The notes below the pieces were generated by a model that worked only from the letters and a program-made list of their open reading frames with translations, was not told where the DNA came from and ran no database searches. A stretch of 64,000 nucleotides of DNA from assembly GCA_965208325.1 (NCBI GenBank), contig OZ242326.1, positions 2,528,001 through 2,592,000 of the forward strand, written 5' to 3'. Shown here piece after piece: positions 29,447-39,991 of the stretch. The stretch comes from Candidatus Poribacteria bacterium. GTDB taxonomy: Bacteria > Poribacteria > WGA-4E > PCPOR2b. Both the position numbers and the translations under genes were made by a program. The first letter of the stretch is position 1. Each line of letters opens with the position of its first letter.

Positions 29447-30802
29447 ATGAAAACCAGTTATCTAGATCCTTATGTCGAGACGCTCAACCGGGAAGCGTTA
29501 GAACAAATCCAATTAGAAAAACTGAAATTGTTGCTTGCGCAGGTGTTGAAATCCAATACTTTCTACCAGCGAAAGTTAAAAGACGCCGGCGTAGAAGAGC
29601 CAGAGGACTTACGAACGCTAAAAGATTATCGACAATTACCATTTACCACCAAGGCGGAACTTTCCGCAGATCAGGAGGCGCATCCTCCATACGGAACAAA
29701 CATCACCTTTCCACGAAGCCAGTATATCCGAATCCATCAAACATCGGGCACAACCGGCGAACCTCTGCGTTGGCTGGATACCGAGGAGAGTTGGCGTTGG
29801 TGGGCTCGCTGTTGGGGCGCAGTGTATAACGCAGCCGGCGTGAAATCGGGAGATTCCATCTTTTTCGCTTTTTCATTTGGCCCCTTTATTGGCTTTTGGA
29901 GCGCCCATGAAGGTGCACGGTTAATGGGCGCGTTATCGATTCCCGGTGGAGGAATGACCTCTCTTCAAAGGGTGCGGGCAATTCGCTATAATGACATATC
30001 AGTGTTGATTTGTACGCCTACTTATGCGCTGCACCTCGCCGAAATCGCCGAAGCCGAAGGAGTTGATATCGCTAATTCCAGTGTCCGTATCACGATTCAT
30101 GCTGGGGAACCGGGTGCGAGTCTTCCAGCGACTAAGGCTCGGATCGAAAGCGCATGGGGTAGCCGGTGTTACGACCATACAGGCGCCACCGAGGTCGGTG
30201 CATGGGGATTTGAGTGCCAAGCCCAATCTGGGGTTCATCTGAACGAAGGTGAATTCATCTTCGACGTAATCAATCCTGACACGGAAGAATCTGCGGACGA
30301 AGGCGAATTGGTCGTTACCAATTTAGGCCGTGTTGGTACGCCGGTTATCCGCTATCGGACCGGCGATTGGGTGAAGCTGCAAACAGAGCCTTGCGAATGC
30401 GGACGCAGCTTTAGGCAATTGAAGGCGGGAATCATCGGACGCATAGACGATGTACTTATTGTACGCGGCGTGAATGTCTATCCCAGCGCAATTGAGAACA
30501 TCGTCCGCGGCTTTCCCGAAGTGGGCGAGTATGTTGTGGACGTTTTCCGCAGCGGAGAACTGGACGAAATGGAGATTCGGTTGGAAATCCGGGCAACCGA
30601 TACCGAAGAAATTTTAATCGCTGTCGTCCAAAGAATTCGCAACGCCCTCGGGTTGCGTGTTAAAGCTAAAACCGTACCTCACGGAACGTTACCCCGCTTT
30701 GAACTAAAAGCGAAGCGATTCACTGATCATCGCCGCCTCCATGACAATCACAGCCAGCGACCAGTCGCCAGTGGGTTGGTGACTAGAAAAACTAAACACT
30801 GA
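29447..30802 (+). CDS. phenylacetate-CoA ligase family (PaaK-like) acyl-CoA synthetase
   Basis: HQTSGTTG, AGEPG, GATEVG, RYRTGD and GRIDD..IVRGVNVYP motifs. Confidence 0.88.
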   Translation: MKTSYLDPYVETLNREALEQIQLEKLKLLLAQVLKSNTFYQRKLKDAGVEEPEDLRTLKDYRQLPFTTKAELSADQEAHPPYGTNITFPRSQYIRIHQTSGTTGEPLRWLDTEESWRWWARCWGAVYNAAGVKSGDSIFFAFSFGPFIGFWSAHEGARLMGALSIPGGGMTSLQRVRAIRYNDISVLICTPTYALHLAEIAEAEGVDIANSSVRITIHAGEPGASLPATKARIESAWGSRCYDHTGATEVGAWGFECQAQSGVHLNEGEFIFDVINPDTEESADEGELVVTNLGRVGTPVIRYRTGDWVKLQTEPCECGRSFRQLKAGIIGRIDDVLIVRGVNVYPSAIENIVRGFPEVGEYVVDVFRSGELDEMEIRLEIRATDTEEILIAVVQRIRNALGLRVKAKTVPHGTLPRFELKAKRFTDHRRLHDNHSQRPVASGLVTRKTKH

Positions 30803-30825
30803 CCACTGGTACTGCGTCTAGTTTT

Positions 30826-30992
30826 TGTAGGTTGGGTTGAGCGGACAATTCCAATATCGTTCCTACGGCAGTATCCGTTACGGACACCAAACATCGAACG
30901 TGGCAAAATACACGCAGCGTAACCCAACGCTGCTCTGTCGTCTAGAGATTTCAAAAACTTTGGGTTTCGCCGTCGGCTCAAACCAACCAACA
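30826..30992. repeat. GTAG-type REP/REPIN-like element
   Basis: TGTAGGTTGGGTTGAGCG ... GCGTAACCCAAC ... TTGGGTTTCG ... GCTCAAACCAACCAACA. Confidence 0.8.
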
Positions 30993-31022
30993 AGAGTTCC
31001 CCGCTAATCACCGCTTCTAAAC

Positions 31023-32297
31023 ATGAAAACGTCAAACACGTCCAAGAATAATATGTACGACGTAATCGTTATCGGCGGCGGACCTGCGGGAAGCACGGTT
31101 GCAGCATTAGTCGCAGACAAGGGGCACCGCGTATTGCTTTTGGAACGCGAAGAATCCCCGAATTTTAAGATTGGCGAGTCGTTGATGCCCGCGACCTATT
31201 GGATATTTAAGCGGCTGGGACTACTTGAAAAACTGAAAGCGAGCCATTTTCCGAAAAAGTACAGTGTGCAGTTTTATTCAAAATCAGGAAAAGCCTCCGC
31301 CCCGTTTTATTTCTTTGAAAACGATCCACACGAGGCTTCCGTTACATGGCAGGTGTTGCGCAGTGAGTTCGACGAGATGTTGCTCGACCACGCTCAGGAA
31401 AAAGGGGTTGAAGTTCGGCGCGGCACTCGTGTCAACGAGGTATCATTTGACGAAGACCGAGCAGTCGGTGTCCAAGCGAGAGATGCGGACGGTAGTATCA
31501 CCGACCTTGCAGCAAAGGTCATCGTAGACTCGACTGGCCAGAGCGCTATTGTCTCTCGAAAGTTGAAAATCAATATCCCCGAACCCGCACTGAAGAAAGC
31601 TTCGCTGTTTACTCACTTTGAAGATGGGGTTCGTGACACGGGGATAGATGAAGGCGCGACGTTAATCCTGCACACCGAAAATAAGGATTCATGGTTCTGG
31701 TACATTCCATTACCTTATAATCGTGTGAGTGTCGGTGTGGTGGGCGGACTCGACTATCTCATCCAGAATCGGCGGTTACACGGCGACGGGCTTGACCCGC
31801 AAAAGATTTTTGAAGAAGAACTTGACAAATGTGCACCATTGAAACCGCGTATCGAAAACGCAAAGCAGCTGTTTCCCGTCCAAGTGACCAAAGACTTCTC
31901 CTATCGCGCCCGCAAAATCGCCGGCAATGGTTGGGTGCTTGTGGGAGATGCATTCGGGTTCATAGATCCTGTTTATTCCACGGGTCTGTTCTTGGCATTG
32001 AAATCCGGCGAGATGGCATCGGACACGATCAACGACGCATTTGAGAATGACGATTTTTCCGGTGAGCAGTTAGGTAAATTCGGACCTGAGTTTGTCAAAG
32101 GACTGGAATCCTTTCGTAAGCTAGTGTATGCTTTCTATACGAAAGACTTCAGTTTCGCTCATTTCTTGAAACGCTTCCCGGAATGTCAGCAGGGAATAAT
32201 TGACATACTCAGCGGCAATGTATTTATCAGAGATGTTAGCGGAATCTTTGAACCGATGGGACAGATGTGTAAGCTTCCGGAAGAAACTACCTTGTAA
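31023..32297 (+). CDS. flavin-dependent halogenase-family oxidoreductase
   Basis: GGGPAG, IGESL, WFWYIP (WxWxIP) and GDAFGFIDPVYSTG (Fx.Px.Sx.G) motifs; Lys in FPKKY. Confidence 0.8.
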   Translation: MKTSNTSKNNMYDVIVIGGGPAGSTVAALVADKGHRVLLLEREESPNFKIGESLMPATYWIFKRLGLLEKLKASHFPKKYSVQFYSKSGKASAPFYFFENDPHEASVTWQVLRSEFDEMLLDHAQEKGVEVRRGTRVNEVSFDEDRAVGVQARDADGSITDLAAKVIVDSTGQSAIVSRKLKINIPEPALKKASLFTHFEDGVRDTGIDEGATLILHTENKDSWFWYIPLPYNRVSVGVVGGLDYLIQNRRLHGDGLDPQKIFEEELDKCAPLKPRIENAKQLFPVQVTKDFSYRARKIAGNGWVLVGDAFGFIDPVYSTGLFLALKSGEMASDTINDAFENDDFSGEQLGKFGPEFVKGLESFRKLVYAFYTKDFSFAHFLKRFPECQQGIIDILSGNVFIRDVSGIFEPMGQMCKLPEETTL

Positions 32298-32386
32298 GCG
32301 GTGACCAGTGGCCGGTGGAAAGCCAAAAGCAATTGTCTTTGCTCGCCGCTTGCCACCCACCACTGTTTTTGAATTCGGAGGTAACA

Positions 32387-33424
32387 ATGCGAATCAATGC
32401 AATATTGGAGGCGGACGTGAATCGAGTAACGGTCAAAAAAGCAATGCCAGTGGCTAGTGGGCACTGGTCAGTAAAAAGGAGGGCACTGGTCATCGCTATT
32501 TTTCTTTTCACTGCCTCCGGCTGGGCGGAGGATATTCATGACGAAGCCGGCACTACGGGCGCAGCTTTTTTGAAGATAGAGGGCGGTAGCCGGCCTGTTG
32601 GTATGGGAGGCGCATTTGTAGGGCTCGCCAACGATGTCAACACGATATTTTGGAATCCTGCAGGTTTAACTTCTGTTCACAAGCGAGAATTGACCGCCAT
32701 GCAAAATTTCTTGATTGCGGATATCAGCAGCCAATTTATTGGTTATGCCCAGCGTGTTGGAAAAAGCGTTTGGGGTGCTAGCTTACTCGGCGCATTTACC
32801 GAAATCGAACGCCGCACTCGTCCAACCGACGAACCTGACAGTACCGTTGTAGTGGGCGGATTCGCAGCGGGCGCCTCGTACGCGTATGCCGTTTTGCCGG
32901 AACTTTCGATCGGTGGAACCGCGCGGGGCATTTCCCAACAGCTTGATATTGAAGACTCATATGGCGCAGCGGTTGATTTGGGAGGTGTTTTGCGCATTCT
33001 CAACAATCGGTTGGGTATAGGGCTTTCCCTTCAGAATCTCGGATTTCTCAATACGGAAGAGAGTCTGCCGACGAACGTTCGCGGCGGCATCGCTTACCAA
33101 ATTCGGAAGGAGGTTTCGCCTGTAAATCCGAAACCGGCACGGGATTTTTTTGCAATTGTCGCCGATGTAGACATTCCAATAACAAGCGGTTACCCAACCT
33201 TCCATGTCGGCGCCGAAAATTGGTTCTACGATGTTCTCGCCCTGCGGGTGGGATACAGCATGAGCCAAGGGGAGAATCCGAAAAACGGCCTAACAGGAGG
33301 GATCGGCGTTCGCCGCAAGGGAAAAGCCTCCCTCGAAAACCTCCACTTCCAGTTTGACTACGCTTTCGTCCCAAACGAAGATGTAGGTGATGCGCACCGA
33401 ATCTCACTGCTCGTGCGATTCTGA
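32387..33424 (+). CDS. PorV/PorQ (UPF0164)-like outer membrane beta-barrel
   Basis: AGTTGAAFLKI...RPVGMGGAF...FWNPAGL; C-terminal FDYAF...HRISLLVRF. Confidence 0.85.
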   Translation: MRINAILEADVNRVTVKKAMPVASGHWSVKRRALVIAIFLFTASGWAEDIHDEAGTTGAAFLKIEGGSRPVGMGGAFVGLANDVNTIFWNPAGLTSVHKRELTAMQNFLIADISSQFIGYAQRVGKSVWGASLLGAFTEIERRTRPTDEPDSTVVVGGFAAGASYAYAVLPELSIGGTARGISQQLDIEDSYGAAVDLGGVLRILNNRLGIGLSLQNLGFLNTEESLPTNVRGGIAYQIRKEVSPVNPKPARDFFAIVADVDIPITSGYPTFHVGAENWFYDVLALRVGYSMSQGENPKNGLTGGIGVRRKGKASLENLHFQFDYAFVPNEDVGDAHRISLLVRF

Positions 33425-33483
33425 ACGGCAAGGATTATAAACAAAGTGAAATTTTTGCCGATTACGTTTTACGGGGAAATAGT

Positions 33484-34545
33484 ATGAACATCCTTTGCAC
33501 AGGCATCAGTTGCTCCGGGCGAAAAGAATTGATGGCGGACTTCGAATCGCTCTGCCGCAAGAAAGGTGTGCACATCGGATTTTTCAACGTCGGAGATTAT
33601 ATGGAACACACCGCCGCGGAATCTGGCGTCAAATTTACCGAGAAAGTGCTCGATTCCGATCACGCGGTGCTTTCATTAGCACGCCGATCTGCGTTCTATG
33701 AAATTGCCAATCTAGCGCACAATGCCGATCATGCTTTCGTCGGCCTGCACGCCTGTTTCCGTTGGCGCGGCGTGCTCGTGGAAGGAATTTCTCTTCGAGA
33801 AATCGACAATTTTCCAGCGGATATCTTCATCAATGTGGTGGACAACCTTGCTGACATCGAAACGCGAATGCAAGACAACCCACAATGGACCGGGATGCAA
33901 CGCGGGGAAATAAACGTCTGGCTTGATGAAGAGGAATTTTTGACCAAACAACTTGCAAGTTTCAAGGAAAAGCCCCACTACACGGTTTCCCGGCAACACA
34001 ACTTGGAAAATTTCTACGACCTGGTCTTTTCAGCCAAGCAGAAATTCTATTTAAGTTATCCAATCACGCTAATCCGAGAATCCGTGCATCAAATCGAGAA
34101 AATCCGCTCGTTTGGGGAGAAAATGAACGAGGATTTCATCGTGTTTGATCCGCTCTCAATCAAAGACATGGAGCTAGTGCATCAAGACGAGATTTTACCT
34201 TCGGACGCACAAGACGCAGCAGGCGACATCGAAATCACGACTATCAGCCGCCTCGACCAGAGTTCAAGTGAGCAAATTAAGACCCGTACCATATCAAGAG
34301 ATTATCAATTCATCCGTCAAAGCGATTTTGTGGTTGTCATTTACCCAACCGATAAGCTTTCGCCCGGCGTGTTGAGCGAGATGAATTTTGCGTCGCGGTA
34401 CAACAAACCCGTTTACGCTGTGCATGCTCATGAACGCAGCCTTTTCTTTGAAAACCTCTGTGAGGAAATCTTCGACACGGTTGAGGAACTCGAGGCGTTT
34501 TTGAAAAATCGGTGTGTTGGTGCATCTAGTTCATCAGAGCCGTAA
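33484..34545 (+). CDS. P-loop nucleotide-kinase-like domain fused to nucleoside deoxyribosyltransferase-like domain
   Basis: N-terminal TGISCSGRK P-loop; C-terminal RDYQFIRQSDFVVV...SPGVLSEM..A...KPVY. Confidence 0.6.
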   Translation: MNILCTGISCSGRKELMADFESLCRKKGVHIGFFNVGDYMEHTAAESGVKFTEKVLDSDHAVLSLARRSAFYEIANLAHNADHAFVGLHACFRWRGVLVEGISLREIDNFPADIFINVVDNLADIETRMQDNPQWTGMQRGEINVWLDEEEFLTKQLASFKEKPHYTVSRQHNLENFYDLVFSAKQKFYLSYPITLIRESVHQIEKIRSFGEKMNEDFIVFDPLSIKDMELVHQDEILPSDAQDAAGDIEITTISRLDQSSSEQIKTRTISRDYQFIRQSDFVVVIYPTDKLSPGVLSEMNFASRYNKPVYAVHAHERSLFFENLCEEIFDTVEELEAFLKNRCVGASSSSEP

Positions 34546-34587
34546 TTGATAAATTCTAGCAAAATGAACCACATCCAAGAAAACGCG

Positions 34588-35028
34588 ATGTCCCGAAAGC
34601 AAATACAGACGAAGAAATCGACTGAGCTTCCGGACAACCGAATCGGTGGGGATTACGGCGGAGACTACCCGATTGTAGCGGACGAACTCTATGATTTAGG
34701 ACTGAAATGGGTAAGGACAGCATTTTGGGGGGATACGGCGCTCAATTGGCACCGAGTGAGGAGGGCACCGGGAACATATGTCGTTGCGCCGGAAGCAGAG
34801 CAATATATTACCGAGTTAGCCAACGGCGGCATAAAGTTTATTTTGAATCTAGGGGTTGGATTAGGGACAGATCGCCCTAAAGACACATGGCTAAGAACCA
34901 CAGCGGAAATGGATGACTATCGCGAATACGCCCGTTTTATGGTGCGGCATTTTAAGGCCCGCGTCCAATACTACGAAATACGGAAATTAAACCCTCCGTC
35001 AATTCTGCTGAAGCGGCGCTTGCACTGA
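34588..35028 (+). pseudogene. truncated glycoside hydrolase (clan GH-A) fragment
   Basis: LGLKWVRT, W..V...PGTY and VRHFK.RVQYYEI present, but the sequence diverges where WNEP would be expected, and no downstream half is seen. Confidence 0.6.
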
Positions 35029-35162
35029 CGCCTATAATCATTGTGCAAAAGATATACCGGCAGCATATCATGCGATACCTCCATGGACCTAGACTTCAGC
35101 GTTGGAAAAATTGAATGGAAGCCCGATTTAGTTAGGGTCGGGCTTCCGTTCAAGTTCATCAT

Positions 35163-36014
35163 CTAGTACGTTTTCAGATTCGCCCAGATAGCAGCCAATT
35201 TCGCTTTCGGATCCACCCCAGTCCCAATCGACGCCGACATGAGCTGTTTAATTTCTTCCGGCGACAAGGCACGAGAGTAAATTACCGCGTCGTCAACCAT
35301 GCCGTCAATGAATGCCCTTCTTTCAAGCGGTCCAGGATCGTTAAAGGCGTTCCCGCCAAGCCCCTGACTCATTCCGATTCGAATCGGTTGGTCCGGAAAG
35401 ACGTTGTACGGGCCGGCGAGCGGCAGCGGGGCGTTCCCGCCAGTGAAACTGCTCTGTAACTCGATTCGCTGCTCACCGTCGAAATAGGCGTTGAGCTCTT
35501 TTCCGTCCGCAGTGGTCGCTACATGGTGCCACTGACCGTCGTCAACAGCGCCTTCATTTGTATTGAACCAGCCTTCAACGGAGTCGGTACAACTGCCGAA
35601 ATGGATGATAGCGGTGCCAGAGTGCCGAAAACTGATCTGAAACAGAAAACCGGGAGACCATCCAACTTGCAATCCTTTCCAGAAGAAGGATGGAAACTCC
35701 TGCGTGTTGCCGCGCACAAAGAACCAACAAGCAGCAGTTAACCCGTCAGCCATGGCATTCATCGAATCGCTATGCGGAATCTCGACGAATGCATCTGTCC
35801 CGTTCAAATTAACGGCTTTGCCATACCCGGCGTGATTGGCGTCTACAATTTCTGCCCCGCCCATGAGCGTGCCGTCATTATTGCCAAAACCATCGTTTGC
35901 CGTGCCATCGTCAAATGTCCAGGCGGAGATAAGCCCATCAGAAAGCGCAGCCGACGCCGCACTTGCGATAATACACAAGCAAATGGATACGATAACGTTC
36001 TGCCAGCGAAACAT
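35163..36014 (-). CDS. secreted LamG-like jellyroll protein
   Basis: WTFDDG, GQWHHVA and DDAVIYSRALSPEEI motifs; C-terminal GVDPKAKLAAIWANLK. Confidence 0.88.
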   Translation of the reverse strand: MFRWQNVIVSICLCIIASAASAALSDGLISAWTFDDGTANDGFGNNDGTLMGGAEIVDANHAGYGKAVNLNGTDAFVEIPHSDSMNAMADGLTAACWFFVRGNTQEFPSFFWKGLQVGWSPGFLFQISFRHSGTAIIHFGSCTDSVEGWFNTNEGAVDDGQWHHVATTADGKELNAYFDGEQRIELQSSFTGGNAPLPLAGPYNVFPDQPIRIGMSQGLGGNAFNDPGPLERRAFIDGMVDDAVIYSRALSPEEIKQLMSASIGTGVDPKAKLAAIWANLKTY

Positions 36015-36257
36015 GCCTCAATCCTCCTTCACGGATGAATATTAATCCGTGCGTTGAACACAACTTCGGTTAGTTTGTTGAAACTACATCTTCCCGATCT
36101 TCCGAGGAATTGAAGTGGATCAATCACTGAAACCACCTTTGTTACTAATCTAAGATCGGTTTGTATGGTCTATACTATCAGTCTCTTCTTGCCTTGTCAA
36201 CACGCATTTATATCTTTGGCTTGCCTCTGGGTGTCAGAAGATGCAGAGACATCGGAG

Positions 36258-37844
36258 TTAGTCGGAGGGCAATTCATAACATGCTGCTTCGCGGTCATTT
36301 CGCACAAGCAGATAGGAACCGGCGAGTGCGGGGCTATTCCACGTTTTGCCGTTCAATGCGGAAAAGCGCGTGAGTTCATGGTGCGTGTTTGGATTCGCTT
36401 CTACTAGGACAACATCGCCAGATTCGGTTTGTACGAGAAGCAGGCCGCCGACCAACATCACTTGACCATGGCCGTACCGCCCGCGTTTCCACGTGCGCTG
36501 GCCGTTGACAACATCCAAACACACCAGCACACCGTCGTCAAGCCCATAAATGTACCCATCTCGGAAAACCACGTTCGTAAACTTGGCTTTTAACCGAGGA
36601 GTTTCCCAAACGAGAGATACCCGTAAGCTGCTTAAATCCTCAATTTCGCCGGGATTACCCCTCTCATCCTGATGGATTTGAAAGAGTTTGCAACCGATTC
36701 CGTAACCACTCGAAACAAACACGCGGTTACCGGGAAGCGGAACAGGTTGAGCAACACATTCAGTACTCTTCGGCCAGGCGTGCTGCCATAGAATTTTCCC
36801 GGTTGCCGGTTGATGCGCCGAAACGCTGCCATAATTGAAAATGACGATTTGGCGGACGCCAGCGAGCGTTGTAAGAAGTGGTGAACTATATCCCGCCGGG
36901 TCATCGCCGGCACTCCAAACGTCGTCCCCGGTATGCCTGTTGAACGCAACCAAAGACCCGCCGTTCATCCTGCCGGCGCTGACTACAACGAGATTGTCAA
37001 AGACTAGCGGCGAACCGCTCATACCCCAATTAGGTACTTCCTTATCGGTGACGATATCCTTAGACCAAATCTGCCTTCCCGATGCGAGATCTAGACAATT
37101 TAGGATTCCGGTGCCTCCCAAGGAATAGACACGGCCTTTCACGATTGTGGGGGTTGCACGGGGACCAACACCTGCAGGCACAGTTTCGTACTTGGTTCTA
37201 TCTTCATGGCGCCACTTAACCTTACCGGTCTTCAATTCGTAACAGACAACCGTTTCTTGTTCACCGTGCTGTTCTTGCGTAACTGCAGATTCTCCAAATA
37301 CAGCGAAACCCGACCAACCGGCGCCGATGGGTTGGCGCCATATCAACCGGGGCGGACGCTTCGACCAATCTCGAGCTAATCGAATATCGCCCAGAATCGC
37401 ATTGCGATTCGGTCCAAGAAACTGCGGATAGTCCTCAATCAATGACGATTCACCCGTACTCCCTATTTCATTTGAATCGACCGAGGGAGTTGGAGAAACG
37501 GTCTCGGACGGACTCTTTTTCCACCGCCACTCCCATGAGGGCACCAAGTCCCCGCTAAATCCCTTAAATCGGAATAGCTTTGTTGCGCCGAACAGCACCA
37601 GGACAATCGCTGCAAATGAGATTAGCCGTATCTTCCACCGGAGCCGCGAGAAAAATAGTAGCCAAATCAACATCAGGGTGAACGAAACGAACACAGCAAG
37701 TGCTGTTTGCATGACCCGTTCTTGCCGGTGCGATGCCTCTGAGACCCAAATGAATATGATGGCGAGCGCGGTGAGCGCCACGACGACAGCAAGAAGCCAC
37801 CAACGCGCGCGCTTGCGCGACTCCCTTTGTGAACGAGAAAACAT
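36258..37844 (-). CDS. membrane-anchored PQQ-binding-like beta-propeller protein
   Basis: Three N-terminal TM segments; YPQFLGPNRN, PRATP and TWNSPAL...LLVRN motifs. Confidence 0.85.
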   Translation of the reverse strand: MFSRSQRESRKRARWWLLAVVVALTALAIIFIWVSEASHRQERVMQTALAVFVSFTLMLIWLLFFSRLRWKIRLISFAAIVLVLFGATKLFRFKGFSGDLVPSWEWRWKKSPSETVSPTPSVDSNEIGSTGESSLIEDYPQFLGPNRNAILGDIRLARDWSKRPPRLIWRQPIGAGWSGFAVFGESAVTQEQHGEQETVVCYELKTGKVKWRHEDRTKYETVPAGVGPRATPTIVKGRVYSLGGTGILNCLDLASGRQIWSKDIVTDKEVPNWGMSGSPLVFDNLVVVSAGRMNGGSLVAFNRHTGDDVWSAGDDPAGYSSPLLTTLAGVRQIVIFNYGSVSAHQPATGKILWQHAWPKSTECVAQPVPLPGNRVFVSSGYGIGCKLFQIHQDERGNPGEIEDLSSLRVSLVWETPRLKAKFTNVVFRDGYIYGLDDGVLVCLDVVNGQRTWKRGRYGHGQVMLVGGLLLVQTESGDVVLVEANPNTHHELTRFSALNGKTWNSPALAGSYLLVRNDREAACYELPSD

Positions 37845-38485
37845 AAGTCACACCTCTACGTCTAATACAGGCAGGCTGAATAAAGATTTACACCTATACT
37901 TACACACATTCAGGCACACCCTGATATGGGTTCAACAGAGCGATTAGCGAATGCGATAGAGCTCCCAAAGCGATAGTTTTAAAGTCTTCACTAACCCCCG
38001 ATTATTCATTTGCTTTTTGATGGCGCTTTGCTGCTGATTCACTTGCCGGAAGCGTTATTCCTGCGAACCCATCCCGGCGAGTTCCTTGTTTTGATCGCTT
38101 GTTGGCTGGATCACTTGGTCGGTGGCTACTTCAATCTCAGCTACTACGGTTACTGCCGCCGGCTTCTGATTTCGACGTTTCTTTTCGCGTACCTTCAGAT
38201 ATTATTCGTGAGTATAACAAACATTCAAAAGCAAGACAAACTTTTTGTTATTAACATTTCTCCCAGCGTGTTATAATTGGCAGCGCCGCAATTGGGCACG
38301 AGAATCTCTCGGATGCCAACCCCGGTGGTCGCTCTTGTCCTGCGGCGAATGGTTCTATAAAAACAAAAAAGTATGGGAGTAACACCGGTCAGAGTGGAAG
38401 ATTGGACAATCGGAGACATCGCTGTTCCAACTTTTCGAATCTTCCATCCATCAACTAACTCAAAAAAATGGGAGGTTCGACTATA

Positions 38486-39658
38486 GTGAATCCTATATCG
38501 AAAATCTGTTTATTGTTTATCAGCACCGCGCTCATCGTGGGGCTTTGCGGCTGTGAAGAACTAGCTACGCATTTGTCCGGCATCGAGACGCCGGGCACGG
38601 TTCGGGACGAACTCCTCATCGGCGTGGTAATGCCGCTGTCCGGTGACTTCGTTGACGGTCCCGACGATCCCGCCCTGGTCAGGTATCTAAACGGCTTCTA
38701 TTTTGCGCGTGACGAGATTAACAGCGCACAAGACGCGGCGCGGCATATCCGCTTCATCGTGGAGGACAATCAGAGTACGCCGGAGGGTGCGATCGCCGCA
38801 TACAACAAGCTAATCCATGAGGACGGAGTGGTTGCCCTGTTGGGTCCCGCTACATCAACTCTAACCGAGATAGCCTTCCCTGTGGCAGAGGCAAACCGGA
38901 TTGTGGCAATCGCGCCGACATCGGCATCGCAAGGATTGAGCGCTCTCGGCGACTTTGTGTTTCGCGTGAACCTGACTGTGGACAAAGTGATTCCGCGCGG
39001 CGTGCAGCTTACACAGGAAAGACTTGGATACCTAAAGGTTGCCATAATAGCTGACAGCTTAGACCTGTATTCCCGCAGCGCACACGCCGTGTATTCGGAG
39101 ACGCTCCCAGCGCTCGGCGTCGAGGTCTTGAGCACAGAAACCTTCACCACACGCGACGCGGATCTCCGCCCTCAACTGACTCGGATTCGGGATTTGAAGC
39201 CTGAAGCCATTCTTGTCGCGGCAAATACGTTTGACCAGCCGACGGTACTCGTTCAGGGGCGCGAAGTTGGGATTCCGGACGATGTGCCCTTTATCGTTCC
39301 GCTGATGAGTGTGAGCGAGGTGCAACAGGCGGGCGCAGCCGCGGAAGGGGCAATTACCTTTACGGTGTGGACGAGTACGGCAGACACAGCCGGGAATCAG
39401 GTGTTTGTTCAGGACTACATCGCGGCATACGGTGAACCGCCATCGGTTTTCAGTGCATTGGCGTATACTTCGGTGAAACTTCTGGTGAATGCCGTCTCTG
39501 AGGCGGACTCATTTGATTCGCATGCGATTCAAGAGACATTGGCTGCCACGAGCGATTATAAGACTATACTAGGCAGTTTCTCTTTCGACTCAGTCGGCGA
39601 CGCCGTATACGATCCCGTCATATTGATAGCACACGACGGAGAATTTCAAACGTACTGA
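38486..39658 (+). CDS. LivJ-like SBP lipoprotein, dispersed paralog of the array
   Basis: LCGC lipobox; same motifs as the array, including FSFDSVGDAVYDP. Confidence 0.88.
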   Translation: MNPISKICLLFISTALIVGLCGCEELATHLSGIETPGTVRDELLIGVVMPLSGDFVDGPDDPALVRYLNGFYFARDEINSAQDAARHIRFIVEDNQSTPEGAIAAYNKLIHEDGVVALLGPATSTLTEIAFPVAEANRIVAIAPTSASQGLSALGDFVFRVNLTVDKVIPRGVQLTQERLGYLKVAIIADSLDLYSRSAHAVYSETLPALGVEVLSTETFTTRDADLRPQLTRIRDLKPEAILVAANTFDQPTVLVQGREVGIPDDVPFIVPLMSVSEVQQAGAAAEGAITFTVWTSTADTAGNQVFVQDYIAAYGEPPSVFSALAYTSVKLLVNAVSEADSFDSHAIQETLAATSDYKTILGSFSFDSVGDAVYDPVILIAHDGEFQTY

Positions 39659-39991
39659 CGCATAATTTCGGGTGAGATGGGTAAGCCCAATGAAAAGCGC
39701 AGTGCGCGATTTCCTAACCCAGGAATCGGATGTCTCCTCAATGTCCCCTTTTTTTCCGCGGATCCGCTCTGGTAAGGGCTTCAGGTGATTCCGACTTAAA
39801 TTGAAACGTCCCTTTTTACTACCGGTTTATTGAATTGCCGAATTTATCAATCGTGTTGACTATCCCGCCGAAACCCATATAGACTAACTTTACCCTCAAA
39901 TCTCTGCTGCCAAAAATTGCGTAACTCCCCCATTTGAAACCGTGACCAGTAGCCCGTGGTTAGTGGCCTGTAATTTACTGACCACGGGCAA

